A DNA stretch of 64,000 nucleotides. It comes from an uncultured Actinomycetes bacterium (GTDB lineage Bacteria; Actinomycetota; Thermoleophilia; RBG-16-64-13). The stretch's first letter is position 1, and every line of letters starts with the position of its first letter. Location: contig CAWJDT010000004.1 of NCBI GenBank assembly GCA_963841735.1, positions 383,395-447,394 on the forward strand, given 5' to 3'. Positions 21,024 to 32,432 of this stretch are shown here, in pieces. The translations under genes and the position numbers were made by a program. Under the pieces are notes generated by a model that saw only the letters and a program-made list of their open reading frames with translations, did not search any database and was not told where the DNA came from.

Positions 21024-22609
21024 TCAGTACCTCCGCGGGCCCGAGCGGGCGGCGATGAGATCGCGGCGCCCGGCTGCGGCCCAGGCCGACCCGGGCCCCG
21101 CGAACGGGCACGTCCGCTGAGCGGTGTCCGGCCTGCGCAGGCTCGGGGAGCAGCTGCCACGACCACTGTCTGCCGAGCCGCGCAGCGCCTCGTCTTTCAC
21201 GCCCAACAGGTCGGCCAGCGGCCGCCGCCAGCGCGGCGATCTCCGCACGCGGCCTCTCGGCCCGGTCGCGGCGAGCGAAGAACTCCAGCGCCACCTGCGG
21301 GAAGAGGGCGTACGAGAGCAGGTCTTCTTCGCTGAACTTGATCCCTTGCTCCTCAAGCTCGGCCCTCCGCTTGGGCAGCTCCGGCTCGAGCGAGTCGGCC
21401 GGGCGGGTGGTGATGGGGGTCTCGTCCCCGATGCACAGCTTCTGCACCTCGAGGTCCACGGGACCCGGAGGCAGGCCGTAGAAGCCCTGCATGTAGGCCT
21501 TGGACTCCTTGGTGATCATCTTGTAGCGGCCCATCAGCACGTTCAGCGTCGCCTGAGTGCCCACGATCTGCGAGGTGGGCGTCACCAGCGGCGGGTAGCC
21601 GAACTCCTGCCTCACCCGCGGAACCTCGGCCAGCACCTCGGGCATGCGCTCAAGCTGCCCCTGCTCCTTGAGCTGAGACGAGAGGTTCGAGATCATGCCT
21701 CCCGGGATCTGCCACAGCAGCACCGCCGGATCGACCGCCGTGAAGGCGCTTTCGTAGGCCACGTACTTCTTGCGCACGTCGCGGAAGTACTCCGAGATGT
21801 CCTCCAGCAGACCGATATCCATGCCCGTCGCCCGGTCGGTGCCGGCCAGCGCCGCCACCATCGACTCCGTCGGCGGGTGCGAGGTGCCCATGGACATCGA
21901 CGAGATGGCGCAGTCCAGGATGTCGGCCCCAGCCTCGACCGCCTTCAGGTAGGCCATGGAAGCCATGCCCGACGTGTAGTGCGAGTGCATGTGCACGAGC
22001 ACGTCCGGATAGGCAGACTTGAGCGCGCTCACCAGCTCGTAGGCGTCCTGGGGGTCCAGCAGGCCGGCCATGTCCTTGATGCAGATGCTCTGGGCACCCA
22101 TCTCCGCGAGCTTGCCCGCGTAGGCCAGGAACGAGGGCACGTTGTGCACGGGGCTCTTGGTGTAGCTGATGGTGCCTTCCACCCACTTGCCGTTCTCTTG
22201 CACGGCCGCGATGGCAGCCGCCAGGTTGCGCGGGTCGTTGAGCGCGTCGAACACTCTGAAAGACGTCGATGCCGGCCTCCGCCGCCAGCCGGACGAACTC
22301 GCGCACCACGTCGTCGGCATAGTTGCGGTAGCCCACGACGTTCTGCCCCCGCAGGAGCATCTGCAGCCTGGTGTCGGGCATAGCCGCCTTGAGAGCGCGC
22401 ACCCTCTCCCAGGGATCCTCGTTCAAGAAGCGCATCATCGAGTCGAAGGTCGCCCCGCCCCACACCTCCAGCGACCAGTAGCCGGCCCGGTTGAGCTTGT
22501 CGGCGATGGGCAGCATGTCCTCGGTGCGCATGCGCGTGGCCAGCAGCGACTGATGCGCGTCGCGCAGCACTAGGTCGGTGATGTGGACAGGGTTCTTAGA
22601 GGTCGGCAT
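21024..22609 (-). CDS. Pyruvate carboxylase B / transcarboxylase 5S / OadA-like carboxyltransferase, frameshifted
   Basis: [58 protein letters not shown]. Confidence 0.9.
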
Positions 22610-22636
22610 ATGCTGGCCTCCCGATGTCAGGGGTTG

Positions 22637-24078
22637 TCACAGAGGGATGTTGCCGTGCTTCTTGGGAGGCCGGCTCTCGCGTTTGGAGGCGCAGGCCTCA
22701 AGCGCGTCGATCAGGCGCGACCGAGTGGCCACCGGCTCTATGACGTCATCCAGGTGCCCCTTCAGCGCCGCCTCGTAGGGCGACACGGAGTCCTGACGGT
22801 CGAGGGCGCCGTCGGGAGCCGCGGCGGCGATCTCCGCTGAGGGCCACGCGAAGTTGAAGTCGGCGCCTGTGTGCTTCGAACACATGACCTCGAAGCCCTC
22901 GGCGTAGGCACGATGGGTGACGATGGTCACTTTCGGCACGGTCGCCTCGCAATAGGCGTACATGAGCTTGGCCGCCTCGCGCACGATGCGTCCGTGGCCC
23001 TGCTCTTCGGCCGGCAGGAAACCCGGGCGTATCGACGAAGGTCACCAGCGGAAGGTTGAAGGCGTCGCAGAAGCGCACGAAACGCGAGCCCTTTGCTGCC
23101 GCGTCCTGATCGAGCCTGCCCTCGAGATGACCGGGCTGGTTGCCCACAATGCCGACGGCTCTGCCGGCCAGGCGGGCGAATCCGACCACCAGGTTCTTCG
23201 CCCACCGAGGCATGATCTCCATGAACCGGCCGTCGTCGACCACGCCCGCGATGATCGCGCGCACATCGTGAGAGCCGTCCGCGTCCACTCGAGCCAGCGA
23301 GTCCAGCGTCCTCATCCATGCGATCCACCGGATCACCGGTCCAGCGCAGGGGAGTCTCCTCCAGGTTGTTCTGAGGCAAGTACGAGAGCAGCTCGCGGAT
23401 GAGCTCAAGACATTCGGCCTCGTCGTCGCCGGCCAGGTGAGCGATGCCGCTCATCTCGCTCAGAGCCCTCGCCCCGCCCGCTTCCTCCACACCGATCTCG
23501 TCTCCGGCGCCGGTCGCGAGAGCACGCGGGTCGCCCAGCAGTACGTGGCCGCCGCCTCTCACCATGACCACGAAGTCCGTCAACGCCGGGGAGAAAACGG
23601 CCGAGCCCGTGCACGAGCCCATGACTGCCGAGATCTGCGGCACCAGACCGGAGGCCATCACGTTGCGCAAGAAGATCTGGGAATAGCCGCCCAGAGAGGT
23701 CACGCCCTCGTCCGCGCCGGAACCCCAAGACTGCCCGCCATCGTAGATGCCCACCAGCGGAGCGCCGTTCTTCGCGGCCAGGTCCATGACCTTGGCCAGC
23801 TTGCGGACGAACCCGTCGCCAAACGCCTCCACGCCGGCTTCGCCGTCCTGCGAGAAGACATAGACGTCCCTGTCTCCCACACGGCCGTGACCTGCGACGG
23901 CGCCTTCTACGAAGACGTCAAGCTCCACGAAGGTGTCCGGGTCGAGCAGCTGCAGGACGCGCTCGCGCGCGGTCCCGATGCCGTCCTTGCGCCGAGCGGC
24001 CATGCGCTCCGGCCCCCCACTCTGGCGGGCCTCCTGCTTCATCCGGCGCAGCTCTTCTGTACTGTCGTCGGCGACCAT
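22637..24078 (-). CDS. Acyl-CoA carboxyltransferase beta (12S/PccB-like), degenerate and frameshifted
   Basis: TARER..LLD..TFVE, SGLVPQIS, GIVGNQP, RFVRFCDAFNLP..TFVDTPGF, PKKHGNIPL. Confidence 0.85.
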
Positions 24079-24187
24079 GTCTTTCGCACTCCGCCCTGTA
24101 GCTGTGGGTATGACTCTCACTGCTCGTGTCCGGCAGTCGGCCGTGTTATGTTACGGTCTCCCACCACAGAGAGCAAGGGGGAGTCAC

Positions 24188-25070
24188 ATGGACCGAGCAG
24201 CGAAGAGATCCCTTCCCCTGGCGTGTCTGGCACTTTCTGTGCGCGGCCCTGCTTCTTCTTGTCGCCACTTGCTCCAGGCTGCGGCAACGAGGACTACGGC
24301 CCCGACACCACTGTCCCACCATCGTCCCCCGGCACAACCGAGGGCACAAGCACCACCGCCACGGCTCCCCACGACACGACCGCCCCCACAGGCGACGGCA
24401 CAGCCACGACCGCCGGCGGCCCATCCCTCCACCGCGGTCACCTTCACCACCGAAGACGGCATCACCCTCGGCGGGCATCTCTACGGCTCCGGCCACTGGG
24501 GTGTGGTGCTTTCACACATGTATCCCACCGACCAGACCAGTTGGACCGCCGTCGCCGAGAGGCTGGCCCAGGAGGGCTATCTCGTTCTCACGTACGACTT
24601 TCGAGGCTACGGTGAGTCCGGCGGGTCCAAGGACATCGCGCACATCGACCGCGATGTCACCGCGGCCGTGAACTACCTCAGATCCGCCGGGGCCAGCGAC
24701 ATCGTCCTGGTCGGCGCCTCCATGGGCGGCACGGCCAGCCTGATGGCCGCCACTACGTTCCAGACCATGTCGTCCTTCCGGCTGGCCGGCGTGGCCACGC
24801 TGTCGGCCCCGGTGGAGTTCGAGGGCCTGTCGGCCGCCGACTCGGTGCCGCAACTGGTGGTGCCGCTTCTTTTCATCGCTGCCGAGAACGACGGTAGGAG
24901 CTGGAAGGCGCCAGAAAGCTGGAGGAGACTCTCAGGTGGCAAGGGTGATCTCCAGATCGTCCCCGGTAGCGACCATGGCACCGATCTCTTCTCCGGGAGC
25001 GCAGGCCGATACCGTGTGGCAGTTGCTGCTCGAATTCCTGCAGCAGAATCTTCAGGTGGGCAATCTCTAG
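24188..25070 (+). CDS. Lipoprotein alpha/beta hydrolase, frameshifted
   Basis: Signal with GC lipobox, Thr-rich linker, YDFRGYGES, GASMGG, HGTD. Confidence 0.75.
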
Positions 25071-25091
25071 GGCGACGTAGCGCCGCGTAGC

Positions 25092-25141
25092 GCGGCGCCC
25101 GCGGTCCGGACCATCTGCTTGGTCCGTTCCGCGGGCGCCGC
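25092..25141. terminator. Hairpin between convergent genes
   Basis: GCGGCGCCCGCGG..CGGACCA/TGGTCCG..CCGCGGGCGCCGC. Confidence 0.6.
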
Positions 25142-25173
25142 CGGTCTTCAGGCGTTGCCGACCGTGCCGGCCC

Positions 25174-28100
25174 CTACTGGACAGTCAGGGCCTGGCTCAC
25201 GGTCTCCCCTCTCCATTGAGGGGTGTAGTAGGAGTAGACGGCCGACGCGGCGCCCTTGCCGCGCACCGGATAGAGGGCTTTCGCCTGGAAGCTGAAGCTC
25301 ACCTTCTCGCCAGGGTCCATGTCTTCGATGTACACGATCACCTTGCGACCGGCCACGTCGTATCTCTTGATGTTGGGGTTATCCAGCAGGACCGCCAGTG
25401 ACTCCTCCACCGCTGCGAACCCGGTGGGCACCGAGATATCCAGCACCGTCATGTTGGCCTTGATGGGCTCCGGCGGATTGAAGGTGATGGTGACGTCGAC
25501 GTCTACGATGTCGTTCACAGCCACCTGCTCGGTACCGTAGTCAACGTTTATGTCGAACACGTTCGCGGTCTCCTCGGGCTCCAACAGGTTGTAGCGCAGG
25601 ACTCCCTGCACCACGGCCTCGCCCTTTCCTTCCGCCGACACCTGCACGTCGGCCCCGGCGGGGATATCAACTACCTGGGTGACGTCGTAGTTCTCCGGGA
25701 GTGATCTCCACCTTCTTCGCGACGTCGCCGGCGGTGATGGTCACGGTCATGTCGGTGTCGGTAGCCGCCGAGGTGGCGAACTGGATGAGAGCCTGCAGCG
25801 CCACCACCGTGTCCTGCGTGGTACCGAAGCCGCCCTGGCTGTTCCGTTGCCCCACCATCCACCTAGCCGCCTGCGCGGCGTTCACTCTGTCATCGCCTGC
25901 GATGAGGGCCAGCGTCGCGTAGGCGGTCGCCTCTACATCTAGACTCGGAAGCATGTCGGGCGAATACATTCCACCTTCGGGGGCCATGAACGGCTGCGGG
26001 CCACCGGGCTCCGGCATGACTCCGCCGCTGCTCCAGTGCAGTCCGTTCTCGTCCTCGATGGCTTTTGCCATGAGCTTCTGCATGGCCTCCTCCGCCCGGC
26101 CGCTCTTGCCCAATTCAAGAGCGTAGGTGACCAAGGCGAGTGCGTAGGAGTCGTCCAGAGCGTCGAGCCGGCCTTCCAGGTAGGCGAGAGCCTTGGCCGC
26201 AGCGGCGTTTTCTCCCGCCTCGAGAAGGGTCACGGCGACATAGGCCGTGAGTGTCTCCTTGCCCTGCACTCCGCCCATCATGTCTTGGTGATGCACGAAG
26301 CCCACCGACTCGAAGGACCCATCGGCCCGCTGCTTGTCGACGATCCAAGCGGCCGCGCCCGAGAGCACAGCGTCGTCGATGAAGGTGAGCTCCTTGGCCT
26401 GCGCGAAGGTCTTGAGCACGAAGGCCGTCAGCCACAGGCTGCCCGACTCGTCCTGGTCGCCGAACGCCGAGAAGCTGCCGTCGGAGCGCTGATAGGTGAG
26501 CTCGCGCTGGTAGCCCGTCACCAGCAGCATCTCCGCCTTGGCTTGAATCTCGGGCTTGAGCTGCCGAGTACCTTTGAGGTAGCTCAGGATGTACGTGTCG
26601 GGAGCGAAAAGGATCATGTTCTGCTCGCCGCAGCCGAAGGGCATCTGGAGAAGCTGGTCGAGGCCCTCGATGGTCTGCGCCAGCAGGCTGCCGGTAACGG
26701 CCACGTAGGCCCGCGCTGAATCCGACACAACTCCAAGCGGAGGCAGGACCATGCTGAGTGTCCGCTCCTGCTCCGCCTCAGGTACCACAGCGTTCTCCAC
26801 GGTCTCCCGGCTCACGCCTTCGGGCTCGACGATCATGCTCTTGATCACCGCATCCGCCGCTTCGGAGCTGCGGGCGCTCACCTCGACCAGTTGCAGTGCC
26901 GATGGACTTCGGCCTGATTGCGAACTCGGCACTGCCCACGTCGCCACCGGCGACCGTCACGGTCTTCACCGAGTCGTCGAGCAGCTCGAACCAGTCGGCC
27001 CCTTCTATCTCCACCTGTATGTCTTGAGCGGTGTCGAGGTAGTTGTAGAGAGCGATCTTGATGGGGAACTCCTCTCCGCGGATGGCGGAGTAGGGCAGGT
27101 CGGCCTGCAGGAAGAACGGCTGGAACACGGTCAGCGATGCCTCCGCTATGCCCAGACCGTACTCGGGCGACAAAGCCACCGCCCGCAGGTCCCAGGTGGT
27201 GATGGTGTCGGGCGCCTCATAGCTGATGATCGCCCGACCGGCGTCGTCGGTGAGAGTCTCGTCCCAGATCCAGGTCTCGGGGAAGTACTGGCGTACCCTC
27301 TGCACCTCGGCCAGACCGCCGGTGTCGACGGCGGCGTTGGGGCCCATTGCCGGCGGCCGTGGTCGTGGCGGTGGCCTCGCCGCTGATCCTTGGGCGGCGC
27401 CGCGCCCGCCATGTCGCCCATAGCCGCCCTCAGCGGCAAACATCATCTGAGGCGTCTCGATCTCCTTGCCTTCGGGCACGTCCTTGTTGGAGAGCACGAT
27501 GAGTCCGGCATCGCTGAAGGTCTCCTGCGCTCCAGGGATGACCAGGGTGCCGCCCATCATCCAGTCTGCGTCGTGGAGCTCGGCCTGCGGCTGCATATAG
27601 AGACGCTCCAACTCCGCGAAGACCTGGGCTAGATTGAGCCGGTTCTCGGCCAGGATGAACACCGAGTGGTCCACGGCCACCAGGCCGACTTTGGCCGGGC
27701 CCTGTGTCTGCACCTGCACATCCACCGAGGCCCCGGGCTCGACTTCGCCCGCGCTGAAGGACGCGCTCACCTCTTGGGGATACTCACCTTGAACTTCGAA
27801 CGGCAGAGAATCGGCGGCCACTTCGCTGCTGGGCAGTATCTGGTAGACCAGCAACTTGGCCGACGGAGCCATCGCCGGCGTCACCTTGAAAGAGATGTCT
27901 CCGGAGGCGCTGCCGGTAAAGACCACGCGGTCACGCGCCACCACCTCGTAGTAGAAGGTGCCCGCCTCGGCCGTGGAGACCACGTCGAAGCTGACCTTGT
28001 CGCCCACGGCGATGGTAGGCGATCCGTTCTGCTGTACGTGGACGAAACTCCCCGAGGGGGAGTACGCGGTGGTCAGCTCCTTTGAGGCCCAGGAGTCACC

Positions 28101-29374
28101 CACGCTCGCGTTTATGGACATCCGCACCGCGTCCGCGGGAGGCGTGAACTGCACCATGGCCGTCCCCCGGCTGGTTTCGACCCGCTGTGTCTCGTTTCCG
28201 ACCTCTTGGTAGTTCTCGTCGCTGTAGTACACCTCCACTGTCACCTGCGCCTCCACCGGCTCGCCGCCCGGTGTCTCAGTGACCAGGACGACGCCGAAGG
28301 GAAGTCCGGGCTTGAAAGCGGTGCTCTCGGAGATGAGCCGCAGATTCACCGAGGAAGCCGCCACCGTGACCAACTCGGTGGTCTTCTGCTCGTAGCCGGT
28401 GGACTTCTCCACCAGCGGCGATGTCGAGCCTGCACGTTGCCCAGGCCACCGGCCTCAGGCACCCCGGCGACGTAGCCGGCAGGTTCGATGCTGAAGTCAC
28501 CTTCGCCGTCGATCTGAGCCGTGTAGGTGGCGTATACCTCCCACTCACCCACGTACCGCGAGGCCGTAACCCGCAGTTCGCCCTCGACTGCCCGGCCGTA
28601 GCTGTATTTGCTTGTGACATGCCCGGTGATGGGCTCGTCCACCAAGAACCAGTCTTTCGTGAGCTCAGCGGTCACCTCGTACTTGGGTAGCACGTACTTC
28701 TCCACCCGCACGTCCAGCTCGGTGGTAGCGTCGCCCGCATAGGCGGTAAGCTTCCAGACCCCCAGATTGGGCTCGGTCGATAGGGGCAGCTCGGCCGTCA
28801 CCGTGCCGTACTCGTCGGTGGCTAGGGTCTGCTTGGAGATCTTGATGCCCTTGGCATCCTGGATCTCCAGAGTGGCCTGTGTCTGCACCGGCTTCAATTC
28901 AGAATCGAGGGCCACGAGCCTTACCAGCATGGTCTGCCCTGGCTTGTAGATGGGCTTGTCGGTTTCGAGGAAGAGCAATGTCCCGGCCTGGATCTGCACA
29001 GCCGTGCTCTCGGAAAAGCCATTGCCCGTGACTCTTACCTTGTATTCCCCCGGACTCACCGGGGGGAGTTCGAGCGTGACGGTGCCCTTGCCATCGATGC
29101 CACCGGTGGCCGAGGCGATGGTCTTGCCCTTGTCGAGAACGGCCACAGTCACTCCGCTCCTGGCGGAAGCGTCACCCCTGAACAGCGTGAACGAGAACGA
29201 GGCCGATTCCCCCGACCGGAGCACCTGGGGAACCAGAGCCACGTAGCCGTCGACCTTGTCGTTCCACGACGACGAGACGTTGGTCGGCCCGGGGTCGGAC
29301 GACTCACACCCCACGACGATCGCGATGACCGCAAGCACAGCGCATAGAAGTGCAAGGACCCTACGGCGACTCAT
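25174..29374 (-). CDS. Alpha-2-macroglobulin/thioester-containing lipoprotein (CD109/C3-like), frameshifted
   Basis: Lipobox IVVGC, ETDKPIYKPGQ, YVLPKYEV, RQYFPETWIW, PDTITTW, PFGCGEQNM, SLWLTAFV, GGFGTTQDT, C-terminal receptor-binding-type domain. Confidence 0.92.
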
Positions 29375-29696
29375 GACCCACCTCCCGGTATTGGATGTCT
29401 GCTCTGACGGGGTCTGCCCCGTCGCGGTTTCCTCCACCTCAAGGCCACTGTTCTTGTTGCGCATCTCGAAACAATGCAGGCTAGCCAAGGCAGGACCGTT
29501 GGGATCCCAGGGACCAGCATGATGGCGGAGGCGCTGGTTGCCCGGCGGATACCCCACACCGCGCGACTCCACCACCTGCAAACCCATCCAAGCATTAGCC
29601 TCAGGGCTGTTGGGAAGCGAGCCAACTGGCCGGCCGCGCTACATCATCAGATGTCGCCTCGTCCTACCGCATATTGTGATTACTCTTGCGTGAGCC

Positions 29697-30074
29697 TCAA
29701 GGCTTCTTGGTCGACTCCTTCGCCGGCGCCGCCTTCTTCGCCTTCTTGGCCTGCTTCGCGTCCCGCTTCGCCTTCTTGGCCGCTAGTTTCGCCTTCTTGG
29801 CCGCGAGCTTGGCTTTCTTCGCTTCCGCCTTTGCCTTCTTGGCGGCTTTCTTCGCCATCTTCGCGGCCTTCTTCGCCCTCTTGGCGTCCTGCGCCGGCTT
29901 CTTCGCGATCTTCCTGGCGACGCTCTTCTCGGCGCCCGACGACTTCTTATTCGTCGCTGTGGCGTTGTCATCCAGCTTCTGCTCGGCGGTTGCGTACGTC
30001 TCGTCCTTAGACTTGGGAGTCTCCTTGAGCAGCTTCGCCACCATGTCGGTGATCGTCTTCAGCGAACTATTCAC
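29697..30074 (-). CDS. Lys/Ala-rich histone H1-like basic protein
   Basis: AKKAK repeats; AGGAGG RBS before GTG. Confidence 0.65.
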   Translation of the reverse strand: MNSSLKTITDMVAKLLKETPKSKDETYATAEQKLDDNATATNKKSSGAEKSVARKIAKKPAQDAKRAKKAAKMAKKAAKKAKAEAKKAKLAAKKAKLAAKKAKRDAKQAKKAKKAAPAKESTKKP

Positions 30075-30270
30075 CACACCTCCTACGACAAGGTCTCGCC
30101 CGGGCCGCCCAAGCATATCAATGCCGCGCCATCTCACAACAACGCGCGAAGCTAATTGCTCAAGGAAAGCCACCGGAAAGGCTTTTCCCTATGAAAGGAG
30201 GCGATCAGGCTTTACTATGGGTGCCGTTTGCTCACGGTCGGGAATGACCTAGCCAAAGGGAGGGGCGGGA

Positions 30271-31770
30271 ATGCCGTCAGACGAGACGCACCAGGGTGCC
30301 GGGACTGTACCGCGCCACGACGCACCAAGCGGAGAGGTGCCAATGGACGAGTCGCCCGCCACTGCAGCGGTCAAGTACTTTCTGTCGAACGGCCCCGCGA
30401 CCGTAATCTACGTGCAGGAAGCCGACAGATGGCACAGCAGCATCTCGGGTGGAGCCCTTCTGAGGCAAGAGCCCGGCACAATCCCCGAGGAATTGCTGAG
30501 CCGGCTCGAGGAGATCGACGAGACCCAAGCAAACGCACTCACGCAAGGTAGTCCGCTGGTCGAGGCGCCAGCGAGGTCCACCCTGAACGGCCCGTCGGGC
30601 CCTTCGGGGTTAGGTGGATGGATGGTCCTGCCCATAGTCATGCTCTTCCTGACGCTGATCGTGTCCGCATCGGCACTATTCGCTTCGCAGCTCCCGCTAC
30701 TACGAAGCGACGTATGGTCCGACCTCACCACATCAGGCACAGCCGCATACCACCCTCTGTGGGCGCCGACTATAGTGTTCGACACCATCGTTACCGCCGT
30801 AATGTTTGTGTTCCCGCTATTGCTCCTTGTGCTCATCTTCCGGAAGCGGCAGGCAGCAACCAATCTCGTCATCGCGTTCGCCTTCTTCATACTCATCGCC
30901 AGAGTGCTGGACTCGGTGGCCGTGATCCCCCTGGCCTTGGACTCCCTCCGCCAAGCGGGGTACCTCGACGCGGCGCACGACGCGACCATCACCGCGCTGA
31001 CGGGGCTGGTGGCAACACTGGTCCTTGCGGCCATCTGGATCCCCTACTTCTTCCTGTCGAAGCGCGTTAAGAACACCTTCACGCGGGGAAAAGCCATCGC
31101 ATCGGCGCCCACTAAGCCCGCGGCAGGGAGGTCTCGCCTAATCTTGGCATGGACCTTCGGCGTGGGCGTGACAGCCGCGATAGTACTGATTGTTCTGCTG
31201 TCCTGGGGCACCGCGACTCTTGCAGGCGAGATCGGCGCGGTCACGACTCAGTCCGGAGACATCAAGACGTACACAGACCCCGAATACGGCTACAGTTTCG
31301 ACTACCCGGCCAGCTGGGTGCTGGAGACCGGCGGAAACTCTGTGGGCGACAGCGTCGGCAATCCTCCGGGCAGCGCTGGAGTGTTTGACCCCGACGGCGC
31401 ATTCGGCGGCGCCTACGCCCTAGATATGGCCACGGCAACAGCAAGCCGCTCAGGTTTCTCCTTCGAGGAATCCATGATGCCGAACCTGAAGATCGCCCTG
31501 GAGGACTACATTGCCGACCCTTCGGGTCCGTTCGGTACCGCGACGATAGCCAAGCCTCTCTCGGAGACCACGATGGCGGGAATGAGGGGATTCTCGGTCA
31601 CCCTCGCCGACACCCTGGCGGAGACTCCGGTGACGGTGACCCTCTACTTCTTGCTCACCGGGACTCTGGAGTATGACTTGACGGTCCAGGCGGCCACCAA
31701 GGACTGGCAGGCGTACCAGGCGACCTTGGATGACTTCCTGGCCAGCTTCAAGCCCGGCCCCCAGCAATAG
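30271..31770 (+). CDS. DUF2569-like membrane protein with C-terminal PsbP-like domain
   Basis: GLGGW..L...IWIPYF..SKRVKNTF; Y.D..YGYSFDYPASW. Confidence 0.7.
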   Translation: MPSDETHQGAGTVPRHDAPSGEVPMDESPATAAVKYFLSNGPATVIYVQEADRWHSSISGGALLRQEPGTIPEELLSRLEEIDETQANALTQGSPLVEAPARSTLNGPSGPSGLGGWMVLPIVMLFLTLIVSASALFASQLPLLRSDVWSDLTTSGTAAYHPLWAPTIVFDTIVTAVMFVFPLLLLVLIFRKRQAATNLVIAFAFFILIARVLDSVAVIPLALDSLRQAGYLDAAHDATITALTGLVATLVLAAIWIPYFFLSKRVKNTFTRGKAIASAPTKPAAGRSRLILAWTFGVGVTAAIVLIVLLSWGTATLAGEIGAVTTQSGDIKTYTDPEYGYSFDYPASWVLETGGNSVGDSVGNPPGSAGVFDPDGAFGGAYALDMATATASRSGFSFEESMMPNLKIALEDYIADPSGPFGTATIAKPLSETTMAGMRGFSVTLADTLAETPVTVTLYFLLTGTLEYDLTVQAATKDWQAYQATLDDFLASFKPGPQQ

Positions 31771-31875
31771 GTCGCCGGCGTAGCCCCTATCCCCCACCGG
31801 GAATCGGCCGGCGTCAGGTTTTGGCAGCAGCTATTCCGGATACTCCTACCTCATCTACAGTAAAGGGGCGAGTCC

Positions 31876-32022
31876 ATGAGCTTGTTGCTGATCGTGTTCA
31901 TAGTGGTCGTCGTGGTCGTGGCCGGATTGGGCTTCTTGGTCAAGTGGCTGTTTTGGGTGGCGGCGGCCCTGTTCCTGATATGGATCATCACCCTTCTTTG
32001 GGACCGCATTCGTAGAAGGTAG
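31876..32022 (+). CDS. 48-aa hydrophobic small membrane protein (not in ORF track)
   Basis: MSLLLIVFIVVVVVVAGLGFLVKWLFWVAAALFLIWIITLLWDRIRRR; AAGGGG RBS. Confidence 0.65.
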   Translation: MSLLLIVFIVVVVVVAGLGFLVKWLFWVAAALFLIWIITLLWDRIRRR

Positions 32023-32099
32023 ACGCCGCCTCCTCGGCCGCCGGGCTTTCCACGAGTGGCGGCAGGCTTGGTTGGACGAAGGGAACCCGGTGTTGAGAT

Positions 32100-32432
32100 A
32101 TGGACATCCTTGAGACCTCGCTCTCCGGAGTGCCCTTGCTCACGATCGTGGGAGAGGCCGACCAAGGCCTGCAGCTTGCCCAGGCTGCTCAGCGAGCCAT
32201 GGGCGCACATGCCACCCACATCCTCTTCGACTTGGAACTATGTCCGTACCTGGACAGTGGAAGCCTGACCGCGCTCTTTGGCTTGGTACAACAGGTGGAG
32301 CCGGCGGGCTGGGTGGGCGTGGTGAACTGCCCCCGGATGGTCCTGCGCCTTATCGGATTGGTTGGCCTCACTGAATGTAGCGGCTTTAGAGTCTTCCGGA
32401 CTCTCTACGAGGCCAGTGGGGCAGTTGCCTAG
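32100..32432 (+). CDS. STAS-domain anti-sigma factor antagonist
   Basis: GEAD...FDLE.CPYLDSGSL..L. Confidence 0.75.
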   Translation: MDILETSLSGVPLLTIVGEADQGLQLAQAAQRAMGAHATHILFDLELCPYLDSGSLTALFGLVQQVEPAGWVGVVNCPRMVLRLIGLVGLTECSGFRVFRTLYEASGAVA

